From assembly GCF_027921745.1 (NCBI RefSeq), contig NC_079238.1:186001-250000 (forward strand): 64,000 nucleotides of DNA. The letters run 5' to 3'. Below, piece after piece: positions 48,072 through 59,822 of the stretch. Made by a program: the position numbers and the translations under genes. The first letter of the stretch is position 1. Every line of letters begins with the position of its first letter. The notes beneath the pieces are model-generated. The model was not told the DNA's origin. It saw only the letters and a program-made list of their open reading frames with translations, and did not search any database. This DNA comes from Schizosaccharomyces osmophilus. Taxonomy: Eukaryota.

Positions 48072-48272
48072 ATCTCCTCTTTCTGCCTACCCGTTGCTCA
48101 TTAATCAACGGTGTAGTTCTGGTGCAGGAGTAGAGTAAGCTGCCATGCACCGCTGGTCTCATTACCTCGAGTTCCAGTGGCCATGGTTGGTGGCCTTTGA
48201 GCAAGTCTTAGATGTTCTTTTGAATTTCGTTTTGCTTAAGGGCCTAAATGTTTGTAGCCGTTTAGACGATAG
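48072..48272 (+). ncRNA. Candidate box H/ACA-like structured RNA; ends uncertain
   Basis: Hairpin 48074-48130 with internal pocket, followed by AGAGTA (ANANNA) at 48132-48137; second hairpin 48139-48194; G-U pairs favour the + strand; TATAAA at 48002. No canonical ACA box identified. Confidence 0.5.
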
Positions 48273-48802
48273 TAATGATAATCGAAGTTCTTATGGTGTT
48301 TATTGTTTTTCAATTTGAGTCTGCGTAGATGGTTTTTGTATCTTGTGCGAGTGTGTGCAAGTCTGCTGGAATAGGTGATTTCTTCGTTAGCTTTGAAGAA
48401 GGGCATGAATGGTAGCCTAAAATTTTGGGAGGAAGAAACCCAATAAAGAAGTTGTAAACAAAAGAAATAGGAAGGTAACTTTTAGCTATTAAAATAACAC
48501 TCAAGTCTCTACGAAGATATGGTTTATTAAGGATAGAACAAGTTAAAATAGACAAAAAGATAATAATTAGAAGTGTCGTGTGGAATCCATGTCTTTCTAA
48601 GTAATAAGGAGTACCTACTTTTTGTAAACAACACTCTGTAACAAGAATATTATAGAGTTTAAGAAGTTCGGAAACAATCACTGTCAGAGATGTTTCCGCA
48701 TATAGCAAATTCGAATGTTTGTTGTTTAGGAAAAGGAAAAGAAATAAGATTCCCAAGGAATTAAATAAAAAGAACTTTTTAGAAAATTTTGTTAGAAAGT
48801 AG

Positions 48803-50149
48803 TTACTGGTTTTGTTGAGAATAGCGTGACATGGGATGCGGTTGAGTTCGATAGGGAACAGCATTGGGATTGTGAAGACCTTGAGGTTGATGCGATTGGT
48901 AATACATCGGATTGGGTTGAGGGTAGAATCTTTGTTGGGGTTGCTGATGTTGTTGTGGTTGTGTCTGTTGAGGAGGTTGAGATTCATACTGTTGTGGCGG
49001 AGAAGACTGATGAGGAGGTTGTGCATAGGCTGGATGCTCGTGTAATTGAGAAGGTCCCATGTTTTCTCTTTGTAAACCTTGTATAGGAGGACCCATTTGC
49101 TGATACCTCATGCCCGAAGGAAACCGGAAAGCAGATGTTCCGGATTCTAAATGAGTAGGAGGATATCGATACAGGTGCTCAGCCATATACGGAGCGACCA
49201 TGACGGGACGTGGAGGATTTACAGAAGCCATGTTCATAGGAGCGTCAGGCATTTGCATATGTTGATAATCAGGGCCTATGCCTGGCTGTTTAAACATGAG
49301 AGATTGTTCCATTTCTTGTACTGGCAAATACCCAGAAGCAGGATGAGAGCCGTAGTGCATGGCTCGTTGGTTAGCAGCTGCTACTTGAGAAGAGTATGCA
49401 GGCTGAACTCCTCCAGACCCCATAGGATAACCTATCGACTGAGAAGGCATTCCCGATTGTCCAGGATATGAGGGGATTCCAGAGACAGGGGCAGGAGGAA
49501 TTGCGGCAGACTGATTAATAACTTGAGACTGAGACACTGAAGGAGCGGGGGAAATATTATCTTTAGATATAATGTCAATTAAGAAGTCATACATTTCGGA
49601 TTTGGAGATGGCGTTGGCAATATCAGATCGCTGAAGAGTTCGTCGTTGGTTCTTCTTTGCGAGTAGCCAAGCACGCATTGTGAGTTCAGTAACAAAAACT
49701 TCGCTTCCTTTGGCAAAAAGGAAAGGAGCTTCGGCGGAAATCATTTTGTTTCGGACATCTTCGTCGGTTTTCATTACCTTTTTGATACGGGCCAAAGGAA
49801 GATGCAATGTTTTGACGGCCTGGTCGTTGTTTTCCAGAGTATCAATGGTTTTCTGCCAATACTCAGCGAGAGCTTCTGCATCAGCGCCCGTTAATCCCTG
49901 TGTGACATTGTCGAAAGGACTTGAAATGTCTAGAGGTGGATTTTGAATATATGGATTTACAGTGGATGGATTAACGTCTGGGCCAGAAGCAGTAGGAGCA
50001 GGCTGGGCAGGAGGGACCGAAGATACAGACGCCGATGCTGAGGGATGATTATAGTTCACCCGCATTTGAGGGTGAGAAGGGTCGACAAAATCACCCAAAG
50101 TATCGGGAAAGTCTTGTTTTAGTGAGTAAGAGTCTGGAATGGAATTCAT
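48803..50149 (-). CDS. php5: CCAAT-binding factor subunit Php5 (Hap5/NF-YC)
   Basis: Histone fold LPLARIKKVMKTDEDV..MISAEAPFLFAKGSEVFVTELT..RRTLQRSDIA..YDFLIDI; Q/P-rich C-terminus; first ATG at 50149. Confidence 0.94.
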   Translation of the reverse strand: MNSIPDSYSLKQDFPDTLGDFVDPSHPQMRVNYNHPSASASVSSVPPAQPAPTASGPDVNPSTVNPYIQNPPLDISSPFDNVTQGLTGADAEALAEYWQKTIDTLENNDQAVKTLHLPLARIKKVMKTDEDVRNKMISAEAPFLFAKGSEVFVTELTMRAWLLAKKNQRRTLQRSDIANAISKSEMYDFLIDIISKDNISPAPSVSQSQVINQSAAIPPAPVSGIPSYPGQSGMPSQSIGYPMGSGGVQPAYSSQVAAANQRAMHYGSHPASGYLPVQEMEQSLMFKQPGIGPDYQHMQMPDAPMNMASVNPPRPVMVAPYMAEHLYRYPPTHLESGTSAFRFPSGMRYQQMGPPIQGLQRENMGPSQLHEHPAYAQPPHQSSPPQQYESQPPQQTQPQQHQQPQQRFYPQPNPMYYQSHQPQGLHNPNAVPYRTQPHPMSRYSQQNQ

Positions 50150-52373
50150 GAGGAAGATAGAATTATCGAACAAAAGTATAAACGATGTAAAGTCAAGAAC
50201 GCTCAAACGAATATAAGAAAAGGGGGAGAAATCGCAAACGATTCAAATTTTAGACCAAGATCAATTCTAATTAAGTGGGAGAAGAGTTTTTTAGAAAACC
50301 CACAATCAAAAAAGGAAAAATGAAATGCAATAAACTGAAGAATGAATTGGAAAAAAATAACCACAGATGGAAACCACTGTCAAAGCCCGCTATACAAAGC
50401 AAACCTGATGGGAAAAAAAAAAAGTAGATAAAGAAACAAACGTACACAAGACTTTAAATAATGCTTTTAAAGATCCCAAATCCCAATAGGTAGTCGAGCA
50501 TACAATTTAATGGCTCTATATCTTTCCTAAAAAATTACTCGAAATGCTACGATAGTAAAAAAAAAGGCAATCAAGATGGCAATCCAAGAGTGGACGTAAA
50601 TCGCAAATTAGCAAATTAAGAGAAAACAGCAACCGTTTTGGAAGTAAAGGTCGAAAAAGAAAAAACAAAAAAAGGCAATCTATATTAAGAAAAGCCAAGC
50701 TTGAATGGGATAGATTAAGGAAGCAAAGCAACCACGTCCAAGCACAAACAAGAGAGTACTGAAAGTTGAAATACTTCCCGACTTGTAGGAACGGTTCAGT
50801 AGAAGGAGCCGATCGGCTCGCTTTTTTTCACGGACAAAGTGGATACGAGAAACAAGTAGGCGGAAGATGCTATCGGAAACAAACTTCGTAGAAAACCGTT
50901 TTTAGGAGGAGTTGTTTCGTCTCAAGAGTCAAACATTCACGGATCCAACAGCTGTCACGAAATACGTTTCTTTTCCAGACAAACAACCTTGAAATATCAA
51001 ATCCAACTAAATTTACGTTCTCAGAGACTTCCAAAATACTGGTTTTCTTGAGTCTGGCTTTATTTAACGAAAATCGTTAAGATGCTTATATTAGTGGCTA
51101 AGAGAAGGTGGTTGGCTGTTCCTGATAGTTCACCGTAGTAACAAGGTACAGACAGACGTGGAGGAATCGTGGCTATCGTAACATTAATAATACTTGTATT
51201 CTTGTATAATTACATCGAGGGATCAGATATAAACTTGTTATAAAGAGGGATCTGGGACAAGAAAATAAAAAACAGTAAAATCCTAGGTAAGAGAATTGAA
51301 ATGAATCGGGAAAGGCAGGATGAGGACGAGATTGGAATGGAATGGAATGAATCGGAAAGGACTAAAGATGGTATCAAAATTCGTTTCACGCTGCTCTTCC
51401 AGAACTGCCACGAGGATCCTGTAAAAAGCAAAAAGAATTGAGTTGAAAATGAAAATGGAAATGGAAATGAAAAGAAAGGACGGATCATTGCCAGTAGCTT
51501 CTTCTTCGTAGTAGACTTCTTTGCTTGTCAATGCTTCCTTGTAAGTCTGCTCGAACATAAAAGGGAAAAGGAGATGCATCGTTCGCTTCTAGCCTATCCT
51601 CAAATGGGCATCCATAGAAAAACCACAAATATTATTGATTCTTTGTTTTACATTGGCTTTCTCGTGAATGGACTGCTGCTTTTATGAAACCAATTGGTCT
51701 GGAAATGGTATTTATGGAGAGAAAGCATATTCCTTCTTGACACTGTCAGCATCCTTTTCCAGTATTTCCATCATCATCAATTATAGTCTCTGAACAAGTA
51801 CACGGTATCCAGTTCGTTTTCCCAGCTAGAAAAATCTCGAGTTTTTGCTTTTCCTTTTTTGACTCTTTCATACCTCGTTGTAGGCATGTCAGTACGTAAA
51901 AAGCTCACTTTCCCTTGTATTCATATAGTTAACATACATCAACTATTACAAAGAGGTTCCTTGGGACTTGACTTGGTATGCTTTGAAAATAGTAAATAAG
52001 CAAAAAACTAGTAGTAGCATTCTTCTTTTCTAGTCTTTTCAATAAAGGATTTCTTTCTTCTTGTTTTGGTTTCCTAACGTCGTTGGCAGCTTTCTTTCTA
52101 TTTCTTGTGGTGAGAACAGAAATCTCTCGAAAGCGGCGTAAATAGATACATCCATTGCTTTTGTTTTGTTGACTGGCTTTTATTTCCTTGGAATTTCATT
52201 TTCTTTGTTTTTTTTTTGTCAGTATTTGTCAGTACAAGCTCCGTCGGTACTTTGGGCGATTTCTTTTGACTGAACCGATTTCTGCGTTCATTCCTTGAAT
52301 CCTTCCTGGATTTTTTTCAAAGACACAGCATTGTCGCTCCTCTTGTCTTTTTGTTCGCTTATTCTGCTCCACC

Positions 52374-53897
52374 ATGTCCAAGATATGGTTGCCCTTGGTT
52401 CGTCGGTACTCCACACAGCCTTCAAGTCCAGTTGTAGGCATTTTAGGCTCTGGTCCAGCGGCTTTCTATACAGCCCATCGGCTCTTTCGGAATGATCCCT
52501 CTATTAAGATCGATATGTACGAGGCAACCCCCGTCCCATTTGGCTTGGTCCGGTACGGTGTGGCTCCCGACCATCCTGAAGTCAAGGTATGATAGTTGTC
52601 CTTTTATTTTCTGTTTTTTTCAACATAGTTTTTATCTGACTACGGTCCACACAGTTTGCTTTCCTTCTTTCACATACTAACTATTTGCATCTAGCAAGTG
52701 GAACATAAGTTTACTGAAATCGCAAACAACAATCAGTTTCGTTTTCTGGGAAATATTCATGTCGGCAAAGATCTTCCTCTCTCTACCCTTTCCCAACATT
52801 ACGACGCTCTTGTGTATGCTTATGGCGCACCATCCGATAAACTCCTCAATATTCCCGGTGAACACCTACGCGGTGTCTACAGCGCTCGCCAAGTAGTCGG
52901 CTGGTACAATAGCGATCCTCGGCATCAAAATGTTGGACTGTCTCTTTCCCGTCTCAAAGATCTCGTCGTCATCGGTCAAGGTAATGTTTCTCTCGATATT
53001 GCCAGAATTATGCTTAGCAAACCCGAACAACTATCTCCGACCGATATCAATCCCCTCTTTTTGCAGCAGCTTTGCGAAAGTACCCTTCAGCGATTGCACA
53101 TCGTTGGTCGAAGAGACCTGTCATCTGTTTCCTTCACTATAAAGGAGCTTCGTGAGCTTTTCTCTCTTTCCTCTGCCACGTTTTTAGCTCCAGAGTATAC
53201 CTCCTCTCTTCAATTCCTCTCAGAAGAGGCTCTCAGTACTTTCGATCGTGCTCGTAAGCGCTTGATCAAACTTATACAATCCAAGATCCAAGCCGCTCAG
53301 CAAAATCCTCCCACCTCCCCCTCTCAGAAAAATCCATCAAACTTTTGGGGGCTTGAGTTTGGTCTTACGCCTGTTGAAATTCTGGGTCGAAATGGCCAGG
53401 TCGAAAAAGTCAGGTTTCAAAAGACCGAGACCGTCCGCAATGACACGACTTCTTCAAGTGATTTCGTCGAAATTCCCGCTCAAGCTGTCGTCCGAAGCAT
53501 AGGATACAAGAGTGTTCCCATACCTGGTATGCAAGAACTTGGTATTCCTTTTGACATGACTCGTGGAGTCATACTCAATGATGATGGACACATCGGTCCT
53601 GGTATGTACGCCAGCGGCTGGGTGAAGAATGGTCCGGTAGGTGTGATTGCTTCCACGATGATGGATTCATTTTCTACCGCTGATAAACTGTACAAAGACT
53701 GGCTTGCGCGAGAGCCTTTCTTAAAAGGCACAAAAGCCGGTTGGGACGGTATCCGACCCATTGTGAAAACTCCAGTGGTTACATGGAAAGATTGGGAAGC
53801 TATTAAAAATCACGAAATTGAAAATGGTTTGCAGCATGAGTCTGTTAGTGAAAAGTTTCGAACGTGGGATGATGCTCTACGTGTTTTACACAAATAA
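52374..53897 (+). CDS. arh1: Mitochondrial NADPH-adrenodoxin (ferredoxin) reductase; 2 exons (52374-52586, 52695-53897)
   Basis: ILGSGPAAFY, PFGLVRYGVAPDHPEVK, IGQGNVSLD, SGWVKNGPVGVI; intron 52587-52694 with TACTAAC branch. Confidence 0.94.
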
Positions 53898-54154
53898 CGG
53901 ACCTTTCTATACCAATTCTTAACTAAACGATGTATTAAATGAAATGAAATGAAATGAATGCGTATTCTACAATATCTCTTCTTCCATTCCCATTGAACTT
54001 TTACTAGTTTGACATTTTTGGCATTCATAGTGTTGCTCTTTATCATTATAAATTTCCAAGGCCTATGGACGAATGCAAAGAATTCATCTTTTTTTCGTTA
54101 TCCAAGAAAATAATAAAACCTCGTGGTTGTATACCATATAATTCGTCTACTCCT

Positions 54155-54890
54155 TTACCTGTGATATCTGGGATTGCTTTGTAGTTCCAAAGAAGATCCC
54201 ACCGGAGCAGAAGAAATGGAGGAATAATTTGCTAGTGTCCGACTGTCAGGGGTCTGGTGTAATTTTCCATATCCTAAAACCATAGAATTAGTACGTAGCC
54301 TAGAGCAAAAAAGAAAAGAGAAATTACTGCAACAGCACAGCAGAAAGGGGAAATATCATTTACATACCACCACGACCAGAATCAAATTCCTCTCGCATTT
54401 CATCACGCACTTGTCCACCGGAAGCACCACGTCCATATTGTCGTCCTTCCTCGTAACCAGGATCCAAGTCAGCTCGAATGATGCGCTCATCCAAGGTTGT
54501 ACCAGATATATATTTCAAGCAATCAAGAGCATCCTCATTTTTATAATATTCAACAAAGCAAAAGCCACAGGGGGTCTACGGACGACAGTATTAGTACAAA
54601 TTTGTTCCCCACGAAAAACAGTACGTAGCTCTCCAATGCTACTTTATGGTCTTTTGATTCTATTCATATGTTGTACGTACCTTTGCAAACCGATCCACAC
54701 CCATTATGATTCTTCGAACTTCACCGCATTTTGAGAAGAGCGTGTAGATTTGTTCTTCTGAAGTGTAAAATGATAAATTTCCAACATAGACGCAGCAACT
54801 CTTTTTGACATTATCTAAAGCAGAAGTATTATTTCTAAAACGACGTAAAAGATACGGAGAAAGAGCGTCTAAATGCGCGATTGATGCCAT
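54155..54890 (-). CDS. cbc2: Nuclear cap-binding complex small subunit (CBP20); 3 exons (54681-54890, 54368-54575, 54155-54273), extreme C-terminus uncertain
   Basis: [55 protein letters not shown]. Confidence 0.92.
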
Positions 54891-55333
54891 CTCCCCAAAT
54901 GCCTTGATGTAGGTGCTTTCTGAGGGCAAGCAGCGAAACAACTTTCGACGAAAACTTCAACGATCTGGGTTATACAAAATCTATTCAAAGTTGTAAATGA
55001 AATACAACTTAGCCAATAGAATAGTAATACAGCTTGGTTGAAAATCTGCTAAACTGTGAACAATGTCACCATTTGAACCAAGTCCATCAAATAGTACCTC
55101 GAACATCGGCTAAATTTTCTGTCCTTCATTAATTGCGTTCTATCTTTATGATCATGTCCACATAGATTTTGTTCGTCCCTTTTGTTTTTTTTTTTTAAAC
55201 TTTCAAAAATTTCCGGTTTTTGTTTATTGATTACAGCAACGCAACAAAGCACAGTATGCATATACTGAGTGTGGTATTTTACTCTATTTGGTTTTGTCAA
55301 AAAGTACGTCGAGCAGGATGTTGGACACCGAAC

Positions 55334-57724
55334 ATGTTGCAGCATCTTTCATGGACGGATTTTTTGGAGAAACATCCTGCATTTAAAAGCATTCATGTAG
55401 CTACAGATGACTGGGAACCTTTGCCGAAGCAAGTGTGTGCTTTTGATACCAAGTTGTATGTTGCAGTGGGTAATGAAGTACGACTTGTGGATTGTGAACA
55501 AGTAAAACAAAACAAAGGAGGATCGGAAGCGACCTCTTTTACCAAATTAACACATCCTGAATTGAATTTTACAATCTTTCAGCTTGTCATAAGCCCTAAC
55601 GGAAAGTACTTGGCTGTTGTTGGAAAGTCGAAAATAGTTGTCTTGGGATTACGCTCTAAAGCTGAACCAAAGTCTTCTTCTCCTTCTTCTTTCTCTTTCA
55701 ATCAATCTTCCAATAATGGCTCTGGAATATTTGGCGGCGCCGGCTCGTTAAGTTTTAGAGGTTTTCAAGGTCAGTCGGCCAATTCGTCAGAAACACCTAT
55801 TTATTATGCTGGGATCATCAATTTAAATTTTCCGGTAATTTGCGCAAGATTCCATCCTTTGGGTAGATCGGGTCGATCTTTGGTCATACTGAATGAAACA
55901 CAATTAACTTTATATGAAGTTGAGAATGGTTATCTAAACCCTGACTACACAATTCCTCTTTCTTTCAACGAAAAACCATCCAATGCTTTCGATGTTGATG
56001 CGGAAGAACATATCCCTGTTTCTTTTACATTCAACCATTCTTCACGCGGTTGGGGCGCTTTTCTTGTGTATATTTTGACGGTTAGTGGAGACGTTTACGC
56101 TCTTTGTCCTGTTATGCCAGCAAATGCAATCATCTCACGCACAATGCTTCAACAATTGTCATCCGAAATCGCCGAACATCATCGGAGCTATGTGGATTCA
56201 GAGAATGCTCAACAACTTTTACGCTGGCTTACAAAGCTGGTTGGAGACGCAGCACTCTCTTCTGAACTTAATTCTCGAAGTGGGTTTTCGTTAGAAGATA
56301 GCAATGAGTTTTCTAATTTTTCTAATGTTTTTGCTCTTCAGCGTCCCGATGATTTTACACTCTTGCCGGCATTACAAGGACCCTTCTTAATCCAACCCCT
56401 TGTCGGTGATGACTTCTCAGACGACTGTTGTGATATTGCTTCCCTTGGAACACCAGTCATAGATGTGATAGTGGTTGCAAGTTCCTCTGGCCAAATTGAT
56501 CTTTTCTTGTCTCCTTCAAAAATATCTGGGAAATGGTCTTTACCTTCTCATTGTAACGAACCCTCCAAAGCTCTCGTTCTTTCCCCTATTCACACGCTTA
56601 GGCCTTTCACCACAAAAACAGATTACACTGCTCTACACTACGATAATTTTTCGCCTTTTAATTTTACGGTTTACCATGCAAACGGCGCTCATGCGGTCAA
56701 CGTGGAACGGTGGGTTAGAGATTTACGTTTGCTATACGAAAACAAATCAGATTTCAAGAATGCTAAAGAGAAAAAGGAATTGTTGGATATCCTGTCGTCC
56801 ATTCCTGATTCTACAGAAGTGGTTGAACGGGTGAATACTAACCCTTTAAACACATCACCAGATCCAGTTACTGGTTGTACACAAATAAAGCATCCTTCCT
56901 TAGGAAGTGCATTTCTTTGTTTGACCAAACACCGTCAGATAACAGTGATAGACGAATCCGAGTACCTGGACATGCCAATTATAGACAAGGACTTAAAGAA
57001 TGAAGACTTGGCAGAATCATTTCAAATTAGTTTGAATGGTGACAAAAATTCTCGGAACCTTATGTATCAGTCACTCCTTGTGCAATCACCATTTGAAAAT
57101 CCTTACATTCAAACTTCTCCAGAGCGGCTCATTGTTCCGCCTGAACTTGGCGGAAAGCTCGCGGTGTCATCGTATTCTCTCCGTTTTCTTGGTACTGCTG
57201 TAAGCCGCATGCGTGAGCATTTGGAATTAATTCACCAAGGTATTTTGGCATTGCACTATCGTTTAGGTCTTCAAAAAGAAGAATTTTTACGTCAACGCGA
57301 TCATATATCGAAGCTTGAGAAACGATCTACCCATGCGTTACAAAAAGATTGGCTTCTTGAACAGTTCGCTGAGCTTGAAAATCACGCCGTGCAATGTGAA
57401 GGACGTACGGATGTGGTATTACAACGGTACATGAATATCCATTCACCTGACTTGAGTGATCAGGAGAAGACATTTGTGAAGGAAATAGAACGTTATCGTG
57501 AGCGCATATTGGGTGAAAGGGGTATTGAAAGAAAACTTCATAGTATAAAGCCACTTCTACATAATGGAAGCATGCAATCAAAAATGATGCTTTCCAAATC
57601 CTCTGTTCGTTCATCTTCAATAGAACCTATTGCTTTGGATCAACTGAAGCAATTATTAGCTCAGCAAAACAAGTTGATTCAAATTATGAAGGCAAAAGTC
57701 GTCTCGCTGCAAAAAAAAATTTGA
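55334..57724 (+). CDS. nup82: Nucleoporin Nup82/Nup88-like; start taken at the ATG giving MLQHLSW, though an in-frame ATG also exists further upstream
   Basis: Beta-propeller-like N-terminus (ISPNGKYLAVVG, RFHPLG, GDVYALCP, LQGPF); C-terminal coiled coil with LSDQEKTFVKEI; synteny between cbc2 and cds1. Confidence 0.8.
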   Translation: MLQHLSWTDFLEKHPAFKSIHVATDDWEPLPKQVCAFDTKLYVAVGNEVRLVDCEQVKQNKGGSEATSFTKLTHPELNFTIFQLVISPNGKYLAVVGKSKIVVLGLRSKAEPKSSSPSSFSFNQSSNNGSGIFGGAGSLSFRGFQGQSANSSETPIYYAGIINLNFPVICARFHPLGRSGRSLVILNETQLTLYEVENGYLNPDYTIPLSFNEKPSNAFDVDAEEHIPVSFTFNHSSRGWGAFLVYILTVSGDVYALCPVMPANAIISRTMLQQLSSEIAEHHRSYVDSENAQQLLRWLTKLVGDAALSSELNSRSGFSLEDSNEFSNFSNVFALQRPDDFTLLPALQGPFLIQPLVGDDFSDDCCDIASLGTPVIDVIVVASSSGQIDLFLSPSKISGKWSLPSHCNEPSKALVLSPIHTLRPFTTKTDYTALHYDNFSPFNFTVYHANGAHAVNVERWVRDLRLLYENKSDFKNAKEKKELLDILSSIPDSTEVVERVNTNPLNTSPDPVTGCTQIKHPSLGSAFLCLTKHRQITVIDESEYLDMPIIDKDLKNEDLAESFQISLNGDKNSRNLMYQSLLVQSPFENPYIQTSPERLIVPPELGGKLAVSSYSLRFLGTAVSRMREHLELIHQGILALHYRLGLQKEEFLRQRDHISKLEKRSTHALQKDWLLEQFAELENHAVQCEGRTDVVLQRYMNIHSPDLSDQEKTFVKEIERYRERILGERGIERKLHSIKPLLHNGSMQSKMMLSKSSVRSSSIEPIALDQLKQLLAQQNKLIQIMKAKVVSLQKKI

Positions 57725-58339
57725 AAATCAAGCCCATTTGTGGTGTGTTATGAAAGCTTTTCTTAATGTACCATGTTTGTTCCCAATTTTATATGCCTTC
57801 GCTTCTCTAGTCAACGAAAGCATTGCCTAGATAATTTATTGGCATGAAAACAAAAGGCTTGCGATGACTATAAAAGAAGACATAAGAAGCGGGTTGTTTC
57901 TGAAACGGGTGCTTCCAATTTTGCCAATTTAATATTTTCTCAGAAAAGGAAATCAATGACAATGTGATTATATTTATGTTGCTTGGAATGCGAAATCACA
58001 TCGTCAAATCAACAGGGAATCAGAAAACGCTGGTGTAAAATAAATAAGAATAGATATTAAGAAAGACAATGCTTTTATCCCAAGAAAACAAGCAAGAATT
58101 TAAAAACTCATACAAAACCAATTGTATTGTATTAGATCGTTGCACTTCACAATGTGGTTTAAACCACTTGACTATTCTCCTTATTATGGAGTCCAACGCA
58201 ACATCGCTTTCTGAATTTGTTCCTTGGGTCTGTCAGATTCAATACTTTGCCAATATCGCATTCAGAAGTGAAAAGGCTGGGAGACGTATTTGGCTGGTCG
58301 AAATCTTACTGTAATAGAAACAGATTGTAAAAAAATAAG

Positions 58340-59822
58340 ATGGCACGGAAAAGATCGGTGAAAAAGTCGCTTGCAGAGAAGGAAAACCAAGAAGAATCCT
58401 CAACATTGATACCCTCCGCGAAGAATGATGGACAATTAGAATTAATGACAAAAGCGAAAAAAGCACTGAATTCTAGAAAGCCTAGTCAGAATTTTATTAC
58501 GCGTACGATATGGACACTGATTATGATTGCGATGTTTTTCTCAGTGTTAGCAATGGGTCATTTTTGGGTTGTTGTACTGGTTACCTTGATTCAAATTGGC
58601 GTTTATAAGGAAGTGATTGCGATTGCAAGTGTTCCAAGTCGTGAAAAGGATTTGCCTTGGACAAAGTTTGTCAACTGGTAAGTTTGAAAGAAATTTTTGA
58701 ATGCAAGGAAGAAATCCCTTGACGATGAGATTGAGTTCTTGCGCTTTGCTTTGTATTCTTGGGGTGGAACATTTATCTAACCGTTTTTAGGTATTTTTTA
58801 ATGACTACCTTGTATTATGCCTATGGTGAAAGTATATTCACCTACTTTCACCATTTATTCGTGAATGATTCCTACGTGCTACCCTTTGTGTCCCATCATC
58901 GGTTTATTTCCTTTATGTTGTATATTATTGGTAAGGCGTTGCGTTGAAATAAGAAAGCAAAAAACTAACGGTGAATCTAGGTTTTGTTTTATTTGTCTCT
59001 TCACTACAAAAGGGCAAATACAAATTTCAATTTTCTCAATTTTGCTGGACACATATGACACTTATTTTAGTTGTCGGACAGGCCCATTTCATTATCAACA
59101 ACATTTTTGAAGGGCTTTTCTGGTTCTTTGTTCCTGTTTGCTATGTCGTATGTAACGATGTCTTCGCTTACCTTTGTGGAAAAATGTTTGGTAAGCATCC
59201 TCTAATCGAGGTATCTCCTAAGAAAACAATTGAAGGGTTTTTGGGTGGCTGGTTGTGCACAGTCGTTGTTGGTTCCTTGATTACCTTCATTTTGATGCAA
59301 TTTGACTATTTTATTTGCCCTAGTAGAGACCTTTCCACCTCTGTCTTTACTGGCTTAACTTGCACACCCAACTCTGTTTTTGTACCACATACTTACAATG
59401 TACCAAATACCTTGGTGCAATACTTGCATATTCCCGAAGCAGTAACTTTTGCTCCCGTATATTTCCACTTGTCAGTCTTTGCTACCTTCTCAAGCCTTGT
59501 TGCACCTTTTGGTGGATTCTTCGCTAGCGGCTTGAAGAGAGCTTTTAAAATCAAAGATTTTGGCGATTCTATTCCCGGTCATGGTGGTTTGACGGATCGC
59601 GTTGACTGCCAATTTTTGAACGGTGTTTTTGTTTACATGTATTTTCAGTCTTTTATTGCTGAAAAGAATTCTTCCAGCGCAGATATTTTGGATGCTGCTA
59701 TAACTACCTTAACAACACCTGAGCAGTTGCAGCTGTTAGAAGATTTTCAGAACTATTTGGTTGACCAGGGAAAATCAACTGCCGATGCTATTTGCAATAG
59801 GATTCTCAAAGGAAATCGTTAA
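58340..59822 (+). CDS. cds1: Phosphatidate cytidylyltransferase (CDP-DAG synthase); 3 exons (58340-58677, 58791-58930, 58981-59822)
   Basis: CNDVFAY, SPKKTIEGF, SGLKRAFKIKDFGDSIPGHGGLTDRVDC signature. Confidence 0.94.

Noticed and set aside
48325..48375. Minus-strand TATTCC and AAACCAT resembling the snR30/U17 m1 and m2 motifs
   Set aside because: No basal stem or downstream ACA on that strand; local pairing favours the opposite strand.
48310..49026. 238-aa alternative-frame ORF overlapping the php5 C-terminus and 3' UTR
   Set aside because: Arises from the Q/P-rich tail read off-frame plus AT-rich UTR; low complexity and no domain.
51301..51480. GGAAT/GAAAAT short tandem repeats and overlapping small ORFs
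   Set aside because: Simple low-complexity sequence; no spacer structure or coding signature.
55220..55333. N-terminal extension of nup82 in the ORF track
   Set aside because: The track starts at TTG and the extension looks like UTR. The same issue inflates the listed starts of rrn6, nem1, utp3 and php5.
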